Shown: positions 25,333-37,990, numbered from the stretch's first letter. The stretch: 64,000 nt of DNA from Dicyema japonicum (GCA_011109175.1 RDEW01000016.1:1113653-1177652), one strand, 5' to 3'. A program made the numbers and translations. Notes: generated from the letters alone by a model not told the origin.

Positions 25333-25659
25333 TTGTCAGTTTAATTGTATGCCAATTTATATATTCAAAGAAAGCCAAAAATTTGATTGTGGTCTAAATT
25401 GCAAAACATTTGCTTTTGTTTTGATTCAGCTAAAATTAAGAAAACTGTTTAATATATTTAAAAAAATACTATTTTTGTATTTTCTGATATTGTAAGCAAT
25501 TTCACAAACTGTCTTTCTGTTGGAAATTTTCAAAGAAAATCTTGAGTCTCAAGATATGAACATTTTCTACGAAACCAAAGTAAAAGATTTTAGTATATTT
25601 AATAGTTATGCGACACAACCAGTTGTAGGTAATCATGTTTTAGCCTCCAGCAGTTTGTC

Positions 25660-26375
25660 AGTTGTCATTCAGTAAGTTAGTAAATAAGTTAGTAAGTAAT
25701 AAAGAAAAAGCACTGTAGATTAAGTGATGGGGGAAGTAATATGAAACGGTAGGGCATGCCAACCGACTTCTACCCCGACAGTCTCTTTCAAAAAGATCCG
25801 TAAACACAGGGTCATCTCTGAATATATGTGCCAGATACTTTATTGCGATTTTTGAAACCTCGAATAAGATTTTCGATAGTTCCGCCAACCTTGCACATTT
25901 ATCCTTCCAACCATAGGGGAATTGGCATACGAGGACTTATCCCGTAAGCAAGCTTTAGAGCAAAATTTCGCGTTTTCTCAAATTTCTTGAGGATAGAGTC
26001 TATCTTTTCGAATCGTACCATCTTTCTAAACCGTATAGCATTGCAGGTAGTGTGTGGTGAAGACATAAACAAAGGTTTCCGGCTCGAGCTTTAATTTTCT
26101 AACGCAGTAAAGAGCGTTCGTAGCTTTTTTCTTTCGTATTTTAGCATGTTCCATAAAATTACCTCCCTCGTCAATTAGGAGGCCAAGGTATTTCATAGTC
26201 TTCTTCCGAGGTATGTCTTGTAACAAGCTCTTTAGGTTAGCCATCCTCCTGCTTCCAGTTATCCTCAATATACCAGACTTCTCATGTGCCACCGAAAGGA
26301 AGTTTTCATTGCACCACTCTTCAATCTGTTCCATGTACGTTTTCAAACGATTCTCAGATACCAAAGGGTTTAAAG
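25660..26375 (-). mobile_element. LINE RT C-terminal fragment
   Basis: IEEWCNENFLSVAHEKSGIL..MKYLGLLID. Confidence 0.75.
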
Positions 26376-27135
26376 CAGCGCTTCTCGATTCGTTTTGAGT
26401 TTGCACCCCAAAAATTTAAAAAACCAACCTCGCACCCCCAAGTTTTAAATCTAAGAAAATTCGAATTTTATTCAAAAAATTAGTCAGGTTCATTGAGACT
26501 TTTCCTGTCTTTTAGTTTTAATTAATTTTTCGAAGCGTGGTTTTTTGTTTGCTAACGCAATTCTGAGATCGTTTTCAGGGATTAGAGAGTTTCGGTACTT
26601 ATTTTTTATATATAGTAGAGATGAAAATCCAGATTCACATAGCCAAGTTGTTGCAAATAGAACCAGAACTTCCAGTGCTTCCTTTGCAAGGGTCGGAAAA
26701 CCAAATTGCAAACCGCACCGAAAAATTTGAGTCGTACAACATTTTCAGTGATGGAATGATTGCATTTCAATCAAATTGTCTTTAATATCCTTTTCTATCC
26801 TCCATTTTTTCATTTTGAAAGCAAATTTATTCCTGAAGGCACGTAGATTGTCAGAAGCATTTATAATGCTCATCCCTTTCCCTTGAAATATTCAACTGGT
26901 TAAGATGATTAAATTGTCAGCAAAATATGCCACAAAAATCACAAAATTTGGAGATTTGAAGCAATCAAATAGTTCAGAGTTTTTTTCAAATAAAAATTGT
27001 TCGATTTCACGCTGAGAATAAAAAATCTTGTTAAAACACGGCCTCTTGACAGCCATCTAACATCAGTATGATGCAAGAGAACAGTGGCGTCAGCATCATA
27101 ATCAGTACATAATGCTTTGAACAATCTATGATTCA
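26376..27135 (-). mobile_element. hAT (Charlie/Buster-like) 3' half
   Basis: TIR CAGCGCTTCTC at 26376 with GTTTAAAG flank (central TA); LFKALC..HTDVRWLSRG; FATTWLCESGFSSL..KNKYRNSL. Confidence 0.85.
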
Positions 27136-28050
27136 AAGCCCTTCCTCGAATAAAATCAGAGTTGACAACATGCCCAAAGAACGCCAATCTGTGTTTTACG
27201 ATTCTTCCTTCTAGCAAAATATCCGTCTCCACCCGTTTGAGTACATCGATGTTTGTTATTTTGGAAGTCCAAGGAATCCTTAGTAACCTCCTCCAGCACC
27301 ACAGTTCAAAAGCATCAATTTTTCGTCTATCCGCCTTTTTCAGTATCCATGATTCTGCGCCGTATAGAAAAACCGGGGACACGATTGCATTAACCAGTCT
27401 GCATTTGGTCCTTAAGGAAATATCTTTTCTTTTCCAAATTCTATGCATTCTCTGGAAGGTGTCTCGTCCCATGGCAATTCGCCTCTTGATTTCCAAGCCT
27501 CCGTCACCATTCCGATTAATTAGACATCCAGAAAGACAACATTATCGCAACTCTATTTTCTCATTCCCAATTTTTAGTTCCATTATTCCACTATTAGCAG
27601 TCGTCATAATTTTGGTCTTCTTGATATTTACCAAAGACGCCCTGAGGCCATCCTCTGTTTCAGCCAGTAAGGTTGTATCGTCAGCATAGCGCAAATTATT
27701 GATGTTCCTGCCTCCAATTTTAATTCCGTTATTTGATACAGTATCCAATTTAGTCATGATTATTTCGGCATAAATATTGAATAGGAGATAATAAGGATCC
27801 TTGTCTTACTCCTTTACCAATTTTGAACCAATCGGTATCTCCATGCACTGTTCTAACAGTAGCTTCTTGATCCTTATAAAGAGATTTGATAAGCAACATC
27901 AGATGGGCATCGAATCCAAATTCTTTTAAAGCGGTATAACGGAATCAAAAGCTTTCCGATAGTCAATGAAACACATGTATTCTTTTGGGATTCATGAGCT
28001 TTCTCCATAATCCACCGGACATTTGCTATATGGTTATAAACTGTAAATAC
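27135..28050 (-). mobile_element. RTE (BovB-like) RT fragment
   Basis: NNLRYADDTTLLAE, EIKRRIAMGR, LYGAESW, AFELWCWRRLLRIPW. Confidence 0.88.
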
Positions 28051-28149
28051 TAGCAACCGTAAAACTTACTTATGTTGGCAAGTTTAAGCTATGTATATGT
28101 AGGTACTTTGTTTCTGCAATATTCCAAGTTTGGTGACTTTAATGTTGGT

Positions 28150-28700
28150 ATCAAAGTGTAGTTCTTTGCCTTCCGCGGAATCCGGCTCTTGTGTGTTCGA
28201 AGTAGTTGTCCATTGCGACATTTGCGGGGAACTGGTCATTTAGACGTAACACTTGGCCAAAGAAGCTCCATATTGATTTGATAATATCATCTGACATCAC
28301 GCCGGATTTGCATTTATTATTAAGGTTTGCATTAGAGATTTTCATAGGCCAGTTGATCTTGATTACCGATTTGAGCTGAGATCTGTGGAAAGAGTCATGA
28401 CGGTCCATTTCCCGTTTAGAGATTCCCAAAGTCCCATAGTTGTAGGTAAATACCGGGTTGACAAAAGCTTTGTATATTCTGAGCCTGGTAAGGGTACATA
28501 TGCCAATTTTGACAGAAAGATGAGTGTTCCGCATGAGAAGGCGTATTATTTTAACATCGTCAGGTTGAAGAAAACTCATCAAAACTTCCATGAGTTTTTT
28601 CCAGTGTACCGAATCGAATTCACGGGACATATCAATACCAAGTATTTCAATAGATTTTTTAATACTTTTGACATAGACCACAATACCATCTGTGTCCCCA
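28150..28700 (-). mobile_element. RTE RT/C-terminal fragment
   Basis: LGIDMSREFDSV, RIYKAFVNPVFTYN, FFGQVLRL, RGRQRTTL. Confidence 0.8.
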
Positions 28701-29495
28701 CACTCATCGACTGTAGACCTGTCTGTCAAAATCCACTTTGGCCGTGGGATAGGAAAACTCAAATACAATAAAAATAAAAAAGGTTCCTTGGTTCTCCCTT
28801 TCTACAATTAGTTGTCAAAGTGTTCTTTAATAAAGTTTGTGTCCTGTCTGTATAGTTAATATGGTTTTCGAAAAAAGTGCGGTCTTTTATTATGTCGCGT
28901 CCCGCACGGGCTACCCATCCAGTGCTGGTTACATTTCATTTGTCAATCGACATGTCACCTGTCGTTTCTAATCAAAAATCAAAGAATTTACGACATGTCA
29001 TTAAATCAACATTAATTGGTCTCTAATCAAAAATCAAGAATTTTCTTTAAAGTCTATATTTTTTTACTCGATTCATGTTGAGTATTTTCAATTCTCCTGA
29101 TCCTGCCTTAATCTGTGATAAAAAATTAAATAAACTTCTATTCGGTTGTTTGACAAAATTTGAGTAATTTTACTTAGCTCTTAATTTGGAGATTTAAATC
29201 TGCTCAAGCTTAGCGATGGATTTGTCCCATAATCCTTTAAAACTCGTATCTAAATTTATTCATCAAAAATACCTCATTTCCAATAAAAAATCATACTTTG
29301 TTTGATGAACTGAAGAACAGCGGCCGAAGGCCGCATAGGGATTTAGTGTCTATCAGGTTTTCAAATTTTCCGTCTTTGTGGTATTATGTCACATGGGGCC
29401 AAGCGTTACCTATGGGCAGCCTGTTACATTAACCTTGAACCAAGATTAACTTCAATTAATTATATAAATGATTTATTAACCACAAAAAATTAAAT

Positions 29496-30768
29496 TTAAG
29501 TAACTTTTTTTAGTCTACTCATTAATACAGTCGATATTTCTCCTTTCGAATTTTTTATCTATCAAATTAAACTATTTAAAACTACCTCCACGCGATTATT
29601 CGATAAAATATTAATTATTTCTGCAACTGGATAATACTGAGACTCAAACTTATCCAGTCGCAATGAGGGATTTGTTTCAAAGTCCTTTTTAGCCCTAACC
29701 TATTTATTAATGTTTTTGATTCATACTTTATCTCCCATGTTAAAAGTATATTTACTATTATGAACATTCATTTTCCTGTTCATAGCTTTGTAATAATTCA
29801 AATTTTCTTCAATCGATTTAATTTCGAAATTGAATCTCTTCGCATTCGGACACAAATTATCTGACTGGGAATTATCTAGATATAAATTTTTTAAATCAAA
29901 CTACGTGAATTTTCAATAGATTCTGGAGTCGAACAATTAACCAAATCGTCAATTTGTTCTGGAATCGCACACTCATCACTTAAATTATCTAAGTCATAAT
30001 GTGATATAAGTATAACCATTAATTATTGAATTTATTCCCTTAATTCCTCGATATCTTTCGAAAGGACTTTCGTTAGAAAATGAATGGACCGATATGTTGT
30101 AACTGTAGACAGCACTTTCTAATTCATCAAGCCACTTTTTTTCACTGTTATCCAGCATTTTTGACAACTTCCTCGTGATCGTCTGATTCTTTCGACAATT
30201 CCTTGTGCTCGTGGATTGTTAGGCCTTCCGTGAATTTGCTTAATGTTAAAATCTCCGCAAAGTTTTGTTATTTCTTGATTTTTAAATTCAGAACCATTGT
30301 CCGACTGAAGAAATTTACATGGCCCATTCAGGCGGAACAAAGATCTTAAGTTTTCACATACTTCTTTACCAGCGAAAATTTGCAGACTTCACAATTTCGA
30401 ATGACTTTTCTGATAATCTCATTCTTTACAGTGAAGTATCTGTGTCGACATTCATACTCAATTTTATTGACTCCTCCGTGTGAAAACTTGTGCAACGATT
30501 TCGCAACATGCTCCATTTCGGTTTCATTATCCAGGGATATGACTAACTTGGGATCAGTTGATTTAAGATAGTCTAAAATTATTGAAAATTTACAATACCT
30601 GTCATTGATAATAGAAAAATTCTCTATCTTCTTTACAAGCCTATATTTTCGGTGTCTCGGAAGATTTTCGGGAAATTTATCATGCAAAGCATCTTTTAAA
30701 GTTTGATATTCAACGCAATCTTTCACAAAACCCTTGTAAGAAGCCATTGCAACAAAATAATCTTCCAT
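29496..30768 (-). pseudogene. Ginger integrase gene with micro-introns (internal deletion, frameshifts)
   Basis: H2C2 zinc finger (HKFSHGG..CEVC), LQSDNGSEF, GRPNNPRAQGIVER, C-terminal FNMGDKV..SRLKK; 26-29 nt GT-AG introns. Confidence 0.85.
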
Positions 30769-30910
30769 GCTATAAATCACGCTAGAAATCTAGGTTTACC
30801 GCTATAAAAAATAAAATCTTTATAATCATAACATTTATGAATAAAAAACTAATTTAACAGAATTAAATCACGATATAAATCGGATATATAAAATTAAATG
30901 TCGGATAATC

Positions 30911-31017
30911 TAATGAGAGACTCATCCTCACCTTTGTCGGTCTGGGATCACTTAGTTAGATGAGAATTTTTATTTCTTTCTTTTTGACCCAGTGATCCTG
31001 GGGGTAATAATAATAAT
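30911..31017 (+). mobile_element. 5'-truncated LINE 3' end inserted in the Ginger element
   Basis: 14-bp TSD AATGTCGGATAATC (30897-30910, 31018-31031), (AAT)n tail, near-identical (reverse complement) to 50690-50785. Confidence 0.9.
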
Positions 31018-32178
31018 AATGTCGGATAATCAAAAGACCTTTTCATGGTCGAAAAAATGTAACAGGCTGCCCATGCGTTACGCGCCGCCCATGTGGACAT
31101 ATTATCAACCATCAATGACAATAAGTTTCTCAAATTTTTTAATTAATTTGTATTTCTTTTGTCTTGAAAATGTCTGTACAGGATCACCATTTAAAATGTT
31201 CACTATGGATTGATATTTTATAATATTTTTGACAAAGCCTATTATTATCATATAAAGAGATAAACATTTTATAGAGCACATGTTGAATATTTATGAATAA
31301 CGGTAAAAGATATTTATATATGTCCGACACGATTAAAAATGATCAAAGCCACATTAAGTATGACATCTGGCATGTGTTTGACAGTGGTAGGACGCGTCAT
31401 CACCACGGGACGCGACATAATATTTTACATTTTCTGGTAGTAAATCTCTACCTTTAGTTAACATTTAGTGAAGAATTGAAAATGACTTGACTTCACAGGA
31501 TGTTGCCTGTTATTCCATTAACAGTGAGTGATCAAACGGAGAAATTATTATTTCAATTGATTCCATAATTGCTGAAATGTCCTTTATATATGATAGTAAT
31601 TTATCCACCTCGGATAGTGAAATTTAACCCGGAAAGCACAAATGTTTAACAAAAAATTCTTATACAACTGTTTCAATATTTTTCCTGTTGAAAACATAAG
31701 GAATAAATATAAATTCTTTTTTTCAAATAACTTTGCTAATACTAACAACAATAACTTGGCATATAATTGTGGAATTAGCGGATAAATCAGTCGGAATACA
31801 ATCAGTTAATTTTTGGGGGATTCCTTAATGTTCCATCAAAACGATTAACATTTTTATCTACTTCGTCAGTTTCGCAGATTATTAAATAATGTTCTCATTT
31901 GAAAATATTTCAATAATTTTTCAAACCGTTCGTTAAGTGAGAAACTTTACAATATCACGGGATTTAGTCTTCGAAAGAACAGAAGAACCATATTTGTCGA
32001 ATTTTTAGCAATATATTTGCAAATAAAATTGCGTCAGCAAGATCATTAGTAAAACAAATGTATTGTTAGTATTGGAATTTTTGCACTATGTTTTTTGAGT
32101 TTGCTGTGTTGTTTGGTAAACCATTGCCTTTTAGAAGTTATAAATTGCATAAGAATTTTGATATTTATTGTTTTCGAT

Positions 32179-32620
32179 TGAGGTGGTGACTCTCTATTGC
32201 ACTGTCTTATTCGTATTCCTTACCGACTTCTCCGTTCACTCTGGGATCTTTCAATTGCAGAGGACTTAAACAATATTACAAAAAACACCAACTGGTATGC
32301 GATCTAACCAAATATGACGTCTCTGTCTGCTGTCTACAAGAGACAAAAACGACCGTACAATGTACAGAATTGTTAGGAAAATTCTACTTTTTTATCCTCC
32401 ATCGGCCTGCCGACATTATGGTCTCGGATTTGCAATCCATCAGGACCTGATTCACTACGTTACAAGAGTGTGGACAGCATCTGATATTATAATGGAAATG
32501 GCAGACGACCTGGACTACCTAAGAGAACTAGTGCGAAACAGAAGATCATGGTCGAAGCTGACGGAGAGGATGATTCGGAATACGACACAAGGGAAACTTA
32601 ACTAATTTTATGTTTTTTCG
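32179..32620 (+). mobile_element. Internally deleted RTE (5' APE start fused to 3' end)
   Basis: TGAGGTGGTGAC start, DLTKYDVSVCCLQETK, HYGLGFAIH, then directly DDLDYLRELVRNRRSWSKL. Confidence 0.7.
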
Positions 32621-32699
32621 GGAGTTCTTTTTAACAATAATAATTGTTTTCGGCATTGCGACAACAATAAAAATATAAATTATTATTACATTTATTGAA

Positions 32700-33480
32700 A
32701 TCACATTAATATTCAATTATTACAGACAAATTTGCAGACTTTAGCAAAGAAAGCATCTTTAAAGAAATTAAACGACTCCCGAACTGGAGAGCTACCGGAT
32801 GTGATGGGGTTGTACAACTTTTAAAAATTAACATCAATTCATGACCACCTCTGTGAATTCACAGATGTTGATCACAAAATGGAAAATTAAGTTGGTTTAA
32901 TTACAGAAATTGGGGAAATCAAAAAGAAAGTTAGTGTAGGGTGATTCTTTGTTGTGGCAGATATTTTTTGCTTTTAATGGACATTCTGAGCAGGATACTA
33001 AATCCAAAATGCCCCAAAGTCGTTATTGACAACAACGACCCAGGATGCCATAGTTATGCAACAAATCACCTGTTGTTTACGGACGACCTAAAAATATTAT
33101 CTCGATAAGAAAACACAACGATTATGATGAAAGTTGTTTATTCTTTCTTTGAAGCCCCTGGACTTGAAAGAAATGTGGGAAAATCTGTTACTAATGTGTT
33201 CACCCTGGATCTGAGGCTAACTTGCTCGACGGAATATGGATATAGATACCTTGGTGTGTTAGAGGATAGAAAAACGTCTTGAAAAACGAAGTGTTGAAGT
33301 TAATATTTTATGGGGTTAAAAAAGGATTAATAGTCTGGCAAAAATAAGATTAAACTCGGGCAACATGATCAGACTGTCAATTAGCATTCATTAATTACTA
33401 CATTGGAGTCATTAATATAGAACATCCGACTCTATCTGCCAAGAGATAAGCTTGGAAGAAGATTGATATCCATTACAACT
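32700..33480 (+). mobile_element. R4/Dong-like non-LTR RT fragment
   Basis: NHLLFTDDLK, YRYLGVLE, LNSGNMI. Confidence 0.65.
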
Positions 33481-33619
33481 TGAATTTTCTTTTATCATAA
33501 ACCGGCCTCTGACATCAATCTTTGATCTAATCCTATTAATCGGCTTTAACCTTGAATTGCGAACAACGATAGAGATATATTGCGAACAACTCGACAGAAA
33601 AAAAAAAACTAAAAGATGA

Positions 33620-35256
33620 TAGCAAAGAAAACGATTACGTTGCGAATTGTTTTTAAAGAAGAAAATTCAAATAATAAATGAATCGAACCAAACACCTAAG
33701 CCGACACAAAATTTCTCAGCAAGAAGCATGGAGTTGGATGCAGCACTGTATCAGACATACTTAAAAAAGCTGATATTTATTTGGAATTATTCAACAACAA
33801 CGCAAATTTTGCTAAAAAACGTTTTGACAACAACTGCAAATTTGAATAAAATCACTTTGAGTGGTTCCAGATAGCACGTTCCAAAAACTTTTGTTTGTCA
33901 GAACCAATTATTATCGCAAAAGCCTCAGAGTTTGCTAAAGCACTGTGCGAAAATGATTTTAAAGCTTCCACTGGCTGGTTATGCAGGTGGAAGTCCGTTA
34001 CTCAATCCAGTCGTACTGTATCAGTGGTGAAAAAGCAAATGTTGACAGTGATGTTGTTTCTGACTGAATGAAACGTGTACCTTTTCTAATTGAGGGATAT
34101 CGACCAGAAGATATATTTAACTGCGACGAAACCGGACTATTCTATCGTGCCCTTCCTGATAAAACACTATAAGTAATAGGTAATCATCACAGTGGATCAA
34201 AGAAGTCGGAGGAACGTCTTACTGTAATGCTTGCATGCAGTTCGACAGGAGAAAAGCTAAAGCCAATTGTAATTGGCAAGTCTCGAAAACCCGATGTTTA
34301 AAGATATTAATCTGAGTGAGTTACCTGTTATTTACTGCTCCAACGTTACAGCCTGGATGACATCGAAATTGTTTTCAAAATGGTTGCAAGATGTGAACAT
34401 GCAGATGATGCGCCAGAAACGAAAAATTATTATGTTTTTGGATAATGCAGCATCACATTCACCAAACGTAAAATATTCCAACGTGAAACTCAAATTTCTT
34501 CCAGCTAACACAACGAGTGTCATACAACCTCTGGATCAAGGAATTATTCGGTCATTTAAAGAAAGATACAGAAGACTACTAATGACTCAACTTCTTGCCA
34601 AAATGGACACAGAAACCAATGCGACACCACTTGCAAAAAAATTCTCTCTTGATGCTATCCGGTGGATTAGCACAGCTTGGATGGACGTGAAATCAAACAC
34701 AATCTCCCTCTGCTTTAATAAGTGCGGCATTCCAGTCAAATATATGATATAAACGACAATCCTGAAAACAATTTATGTTCATACCCTCATGAATAGACTA
34801 GTCGATAATCCAATGACAGAAGATGAATTTGTCAACTTAGACTTGGAACTACCCACTGAAAATCCCAAAGATTGGAATCATCCCTAGTTGAGCAATACCA
34901 AACAGTCTCAGCTTCTAAAGATGATGACAGTGACTCAGATTCTGATAAGCAAACAGAGCCAAAACATATAGAGAAATTAACACGCACAAATGTTCAACAA
35001 ATGTTAGACCAAACTTTGCTTGCATTCAAGACCTGCATTACTCGATCCCGTCAACAGACTGATCTATCTAAACAATAAAGCGATTGCTGAATCAAAGCTA
35101 AATACGAGGCAATCCTTATTGACAGATTTCTATTAATTTTACTGTTTCGTTTTTTCGTTATAAGTAAATTGAATGGCTTGTTCAATATACCGGCTTCCCT
35201 CTATACCGGACAATTCTGTCGGTTCCGAGAGGAATCGGTTTAGAGGGGTTTGACTG
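33620..35256 (+). mobile_element. pogo/Tigger transposon (transposase pseudogene plus 3' TIR)
   Basis: FKASTGWL, IFNCDETGLFYRALP, ERLTVMLAC, FLDNAASH, FLPANTTSVIQPLDQGII; terminus ..AGAGGGGTTTGACTG|TA; 5' TIR not found. Confidence 0.88.
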
Positions 35257-35329
35257 TAATCACAAATATAGGCTAATTAGCACGAAACAAACACATATTA
35301 ACTTCAATGATAGTCATTCTGCATTCACT

Positions 35330-35800
35330 GTCAGAAAAAGAGAATCTGATCAAAATCAATTTTTTAGTATTGTTCGTCCAATTTTATCGAAAGAATTTTA
35401 TTTCGTGTGCAGGTTGATCTGATAGACTTGAGATCATTATCATACGGCCATTATAATTGGATTGTAGTCTATCAAGATCATATGACCAAATTTTGTATCC
35501 CTTCGCGCTTTAAAAAAATATTGAGAAGTTGATTTTCAACTCAATATTTTGTAATGTTTGGAGCACCGCAAATATTGCAGTGGTAATGGAATGGAGTTTA
35601 CAGCTGAAATAATAACTACACTATCTGAATTGTGGAATGGAATTACCGTTGTTCATAATATTTTTCAATCCCCATATTCTTCTCTGTTTGGTGAAGATGT
35701 GAAAGTTGGACTAAGATCAACGAATCTACCCGGAGATTTTCTTAAAAGAATAAAAAAATGAAGATGATTTAAGTGAAAATTGGAATATTTAATAATCGTC
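35330..35800 (+). mobile_element. Second Ginger/KRBA2-type integrase fragment
   Basis: QVDLIDLR, YQDHMTKF, GMEFTAEIITTLSELW. Confidence 0.75.
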
Positions 35801-35930
35801 GTAAAACATAAGAAAATCGGGCAAGGTTACGGTGATGTAATTGCAAAGGATCTGAAGCATGAAAAACAATATGTAAATGAATTTATATTGACAAAAATAG
35901 ATGAAAATGTTTTAAAAATAATTCTAATAT

Positions 35931-36053
35931 ATGTACAGCCAGTGGTCGTCGAGACGAGCGGAGTCTTTGGCCCCAAGACGGTCTCTTTCCTTAGAGCACT
36001 TGGGTGTCTATTGACCAAAGCCTCGAGGGAGCGTCGGGAAACCGAGTGGCTTT
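35931..36053 (+). mobile_element. 123-bp CRE endonuclease fragment identical to 51481-51603
   Basis: Base-for-base identity by eye; VQPVVVETSGVFGPKTVSFLRALG. Confidence 0.85.
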
Positions 36054-37085
36054 CAGCACTACGGCATGGGATTTGCCCTACACGTGGATTACCTCAAAAA
36101 ATTACATTGCTATTGGAGAGTCAACGACCGAATATGTGTCCTACAAGTCAAACTAAATGAACTATGCCCCTCCAAGAGTCTATTAACCGTCATAAATGTC
36201 TATGCACCACACTGTGGACGAGTAATCAAGAACCCCGGTAAGTTCGAGGAATTCTACTCAGAACTATCAAGCACATACTCTAACAATGCTTCCTCGTCCC
36301 TTGTTTTTGTTGCGGGAGATATGAATGCAAAGGCCGGAATGCGAATGGGGCCTGAAGAATCCTCTATTGGAAGACACGGGCGCGGAAGGAGAAATGGATC
36401 TGGAGCCTCTCTGGTAAAACTTCTGCGAGGCAAATAGCCTTTTCCTGTGCAACACGGCCTTCACGCACTCAGCTTGCCACAAGACGACGTGGCACGGACA
36501 AAGAAAAAACTCTGTCGGAGAGACCGTGAATATATATAATCAAATCGACTACATTATCTGCCGAAAGTCTGATAAACACCTTGATAAATGATGCCCTTCC
36601 TACCAGGGAACAACAACCGACAGCGAACAGGATCGTCATTGCAAAACTTTGTGTAAAAAAGCACCTGACTTGGGAAAAAATACATTGAAAACGCGAAGAA
36701 GGCGAGACAAGGCCCAATATATACTTTCAGACAGAAAAATTGTGGTTAGAGTCCACTTGTAGAGCTAAATATCACGAACAAATCGAGACTCTATGGAGAA
36801 AACCGCACCGGAATTATCAGTACGAACTCTGTGGGATGAACAAAAAGGCAATCTCCAAGTCGGCCAAAATATGCCTTGGAGTCCGAATCATCACGCCCTA
36901 AAATTGGATCACCACCCTAACGTGCCAGATATGGCAAAGAATTGCAGAGAGCTACGGCTAAAAGCGGCAAACACGTCAGACGAGAGTAAAAAAAAGCTTA
37001 ATATCCAACAAAGGGAACTAAAGTGGAAAATCAAAAAGATGAACAGAAAACACTTACGGGAAAATTATTACATCCCTATTAAAAG
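36054..37085 (+). mobile_element. RTE APE/linker fragment
   Basis: HYGMGFALH, TVINVYAPH, VAGDMNAK, NQIDYI. Confidence 0.85.
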
Positions 37086-37990
37086 ATGGGTATGGTAAGG
37101 TGGTAGCGTTTTGCTTAGACTCAGGTTCTTCCTGCCAATGTAGTATTTCTTCAAGGAGAACTTGCCAATAACCATTTTATGGTCACTATTTATCATCGAC
37201 CCTCCATAAGAACGGGCATCATTCAGTAGGTGTTTGTCCTTGGTCCGACAAATGATGTAATCAATTTGATTATAAATAATGACACTTTTGTTTTCCGAGT
37301 TCGTTCTATGGCCAGTCCATGTGCTCCTGTGGCGAGCTGGGTGCATAAAGACAGTGTTTCCTATGAAAAGATCATTCGCTTGACAGAAATTGGCCAGTAG
37401 TGTTCCCGGGGTGTTTCTCCACCCCCGTCCATGCCTGCCGATGAACGATTCCTCTCCACTGCGTCGCATCCCAACTTTAGCGTTAAAGTCCCCGGCAATA
37501 AATATCAACGACGAAGATTCGTATTCGAGTACGTCCTCAATAGTTGACAGTAGAAGTCATCCAGTTCCTCAGGATTTTTCAAAAACCTGCCACAATGTGG
37601 AGAATACACGTTAATGACTGTCATGTAGCTTTTGGAAGGGCACATGTCATTCATCCTAATTTGCAGAACACTAATCCTGTCGTTGACTTTCCAAATTGAT
37701 GTATCCGTGGTACAAGATGTTCATGGACTGCGAAACCTTGTCCGTAATGTTTAGACTCACTAGGGAAGAGAATAAGTTTATAGGTTCCATAGTGTTCACA
37801 GCATCCATCAGAGACCTTCGTTTCTTGCAGACATCCGATAGAGACGCGGTACTTGTCTAAATCATCGCACAGTGTTTCCTCATCCATGTCTTCGAGATCC
37901 CCCTGCCATTAAACGAGAGTAGGTTTGAGGCCATCCCATTGAATCTTGTATTTTTCAGACTGCATTTAAAGAAGCCACGTCACTAACTCA
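37068..37990 (-). mobile_element. RTE 5' portion (APE), converging on the previous fragment
   Basis: LSFNGRGISK, LCDDLDKYRVSIGCLQETK, IAGDFNAK, NQIDYIICR, SDHKMVI; TGAGTTAGTGAC terminal motif. Confidence 0.85.

Larger units (their letters stand above)
28893..31417 (-). mobile_element. Ginger-like DNA transposon
   Basis: 12-bp perfect TIR TGTCGCGTCCCG/CGGGACGCGACA (TGT..ACA termini), subterminal TGTCAA..CATG similarity, Gypsy-type integrase inside. Confidence 0.88.

Noticed and set aside
31450-32150. Possible decayed DDE transposase
   Set aside because: Too many stops and no diagnostic motif could be assigned
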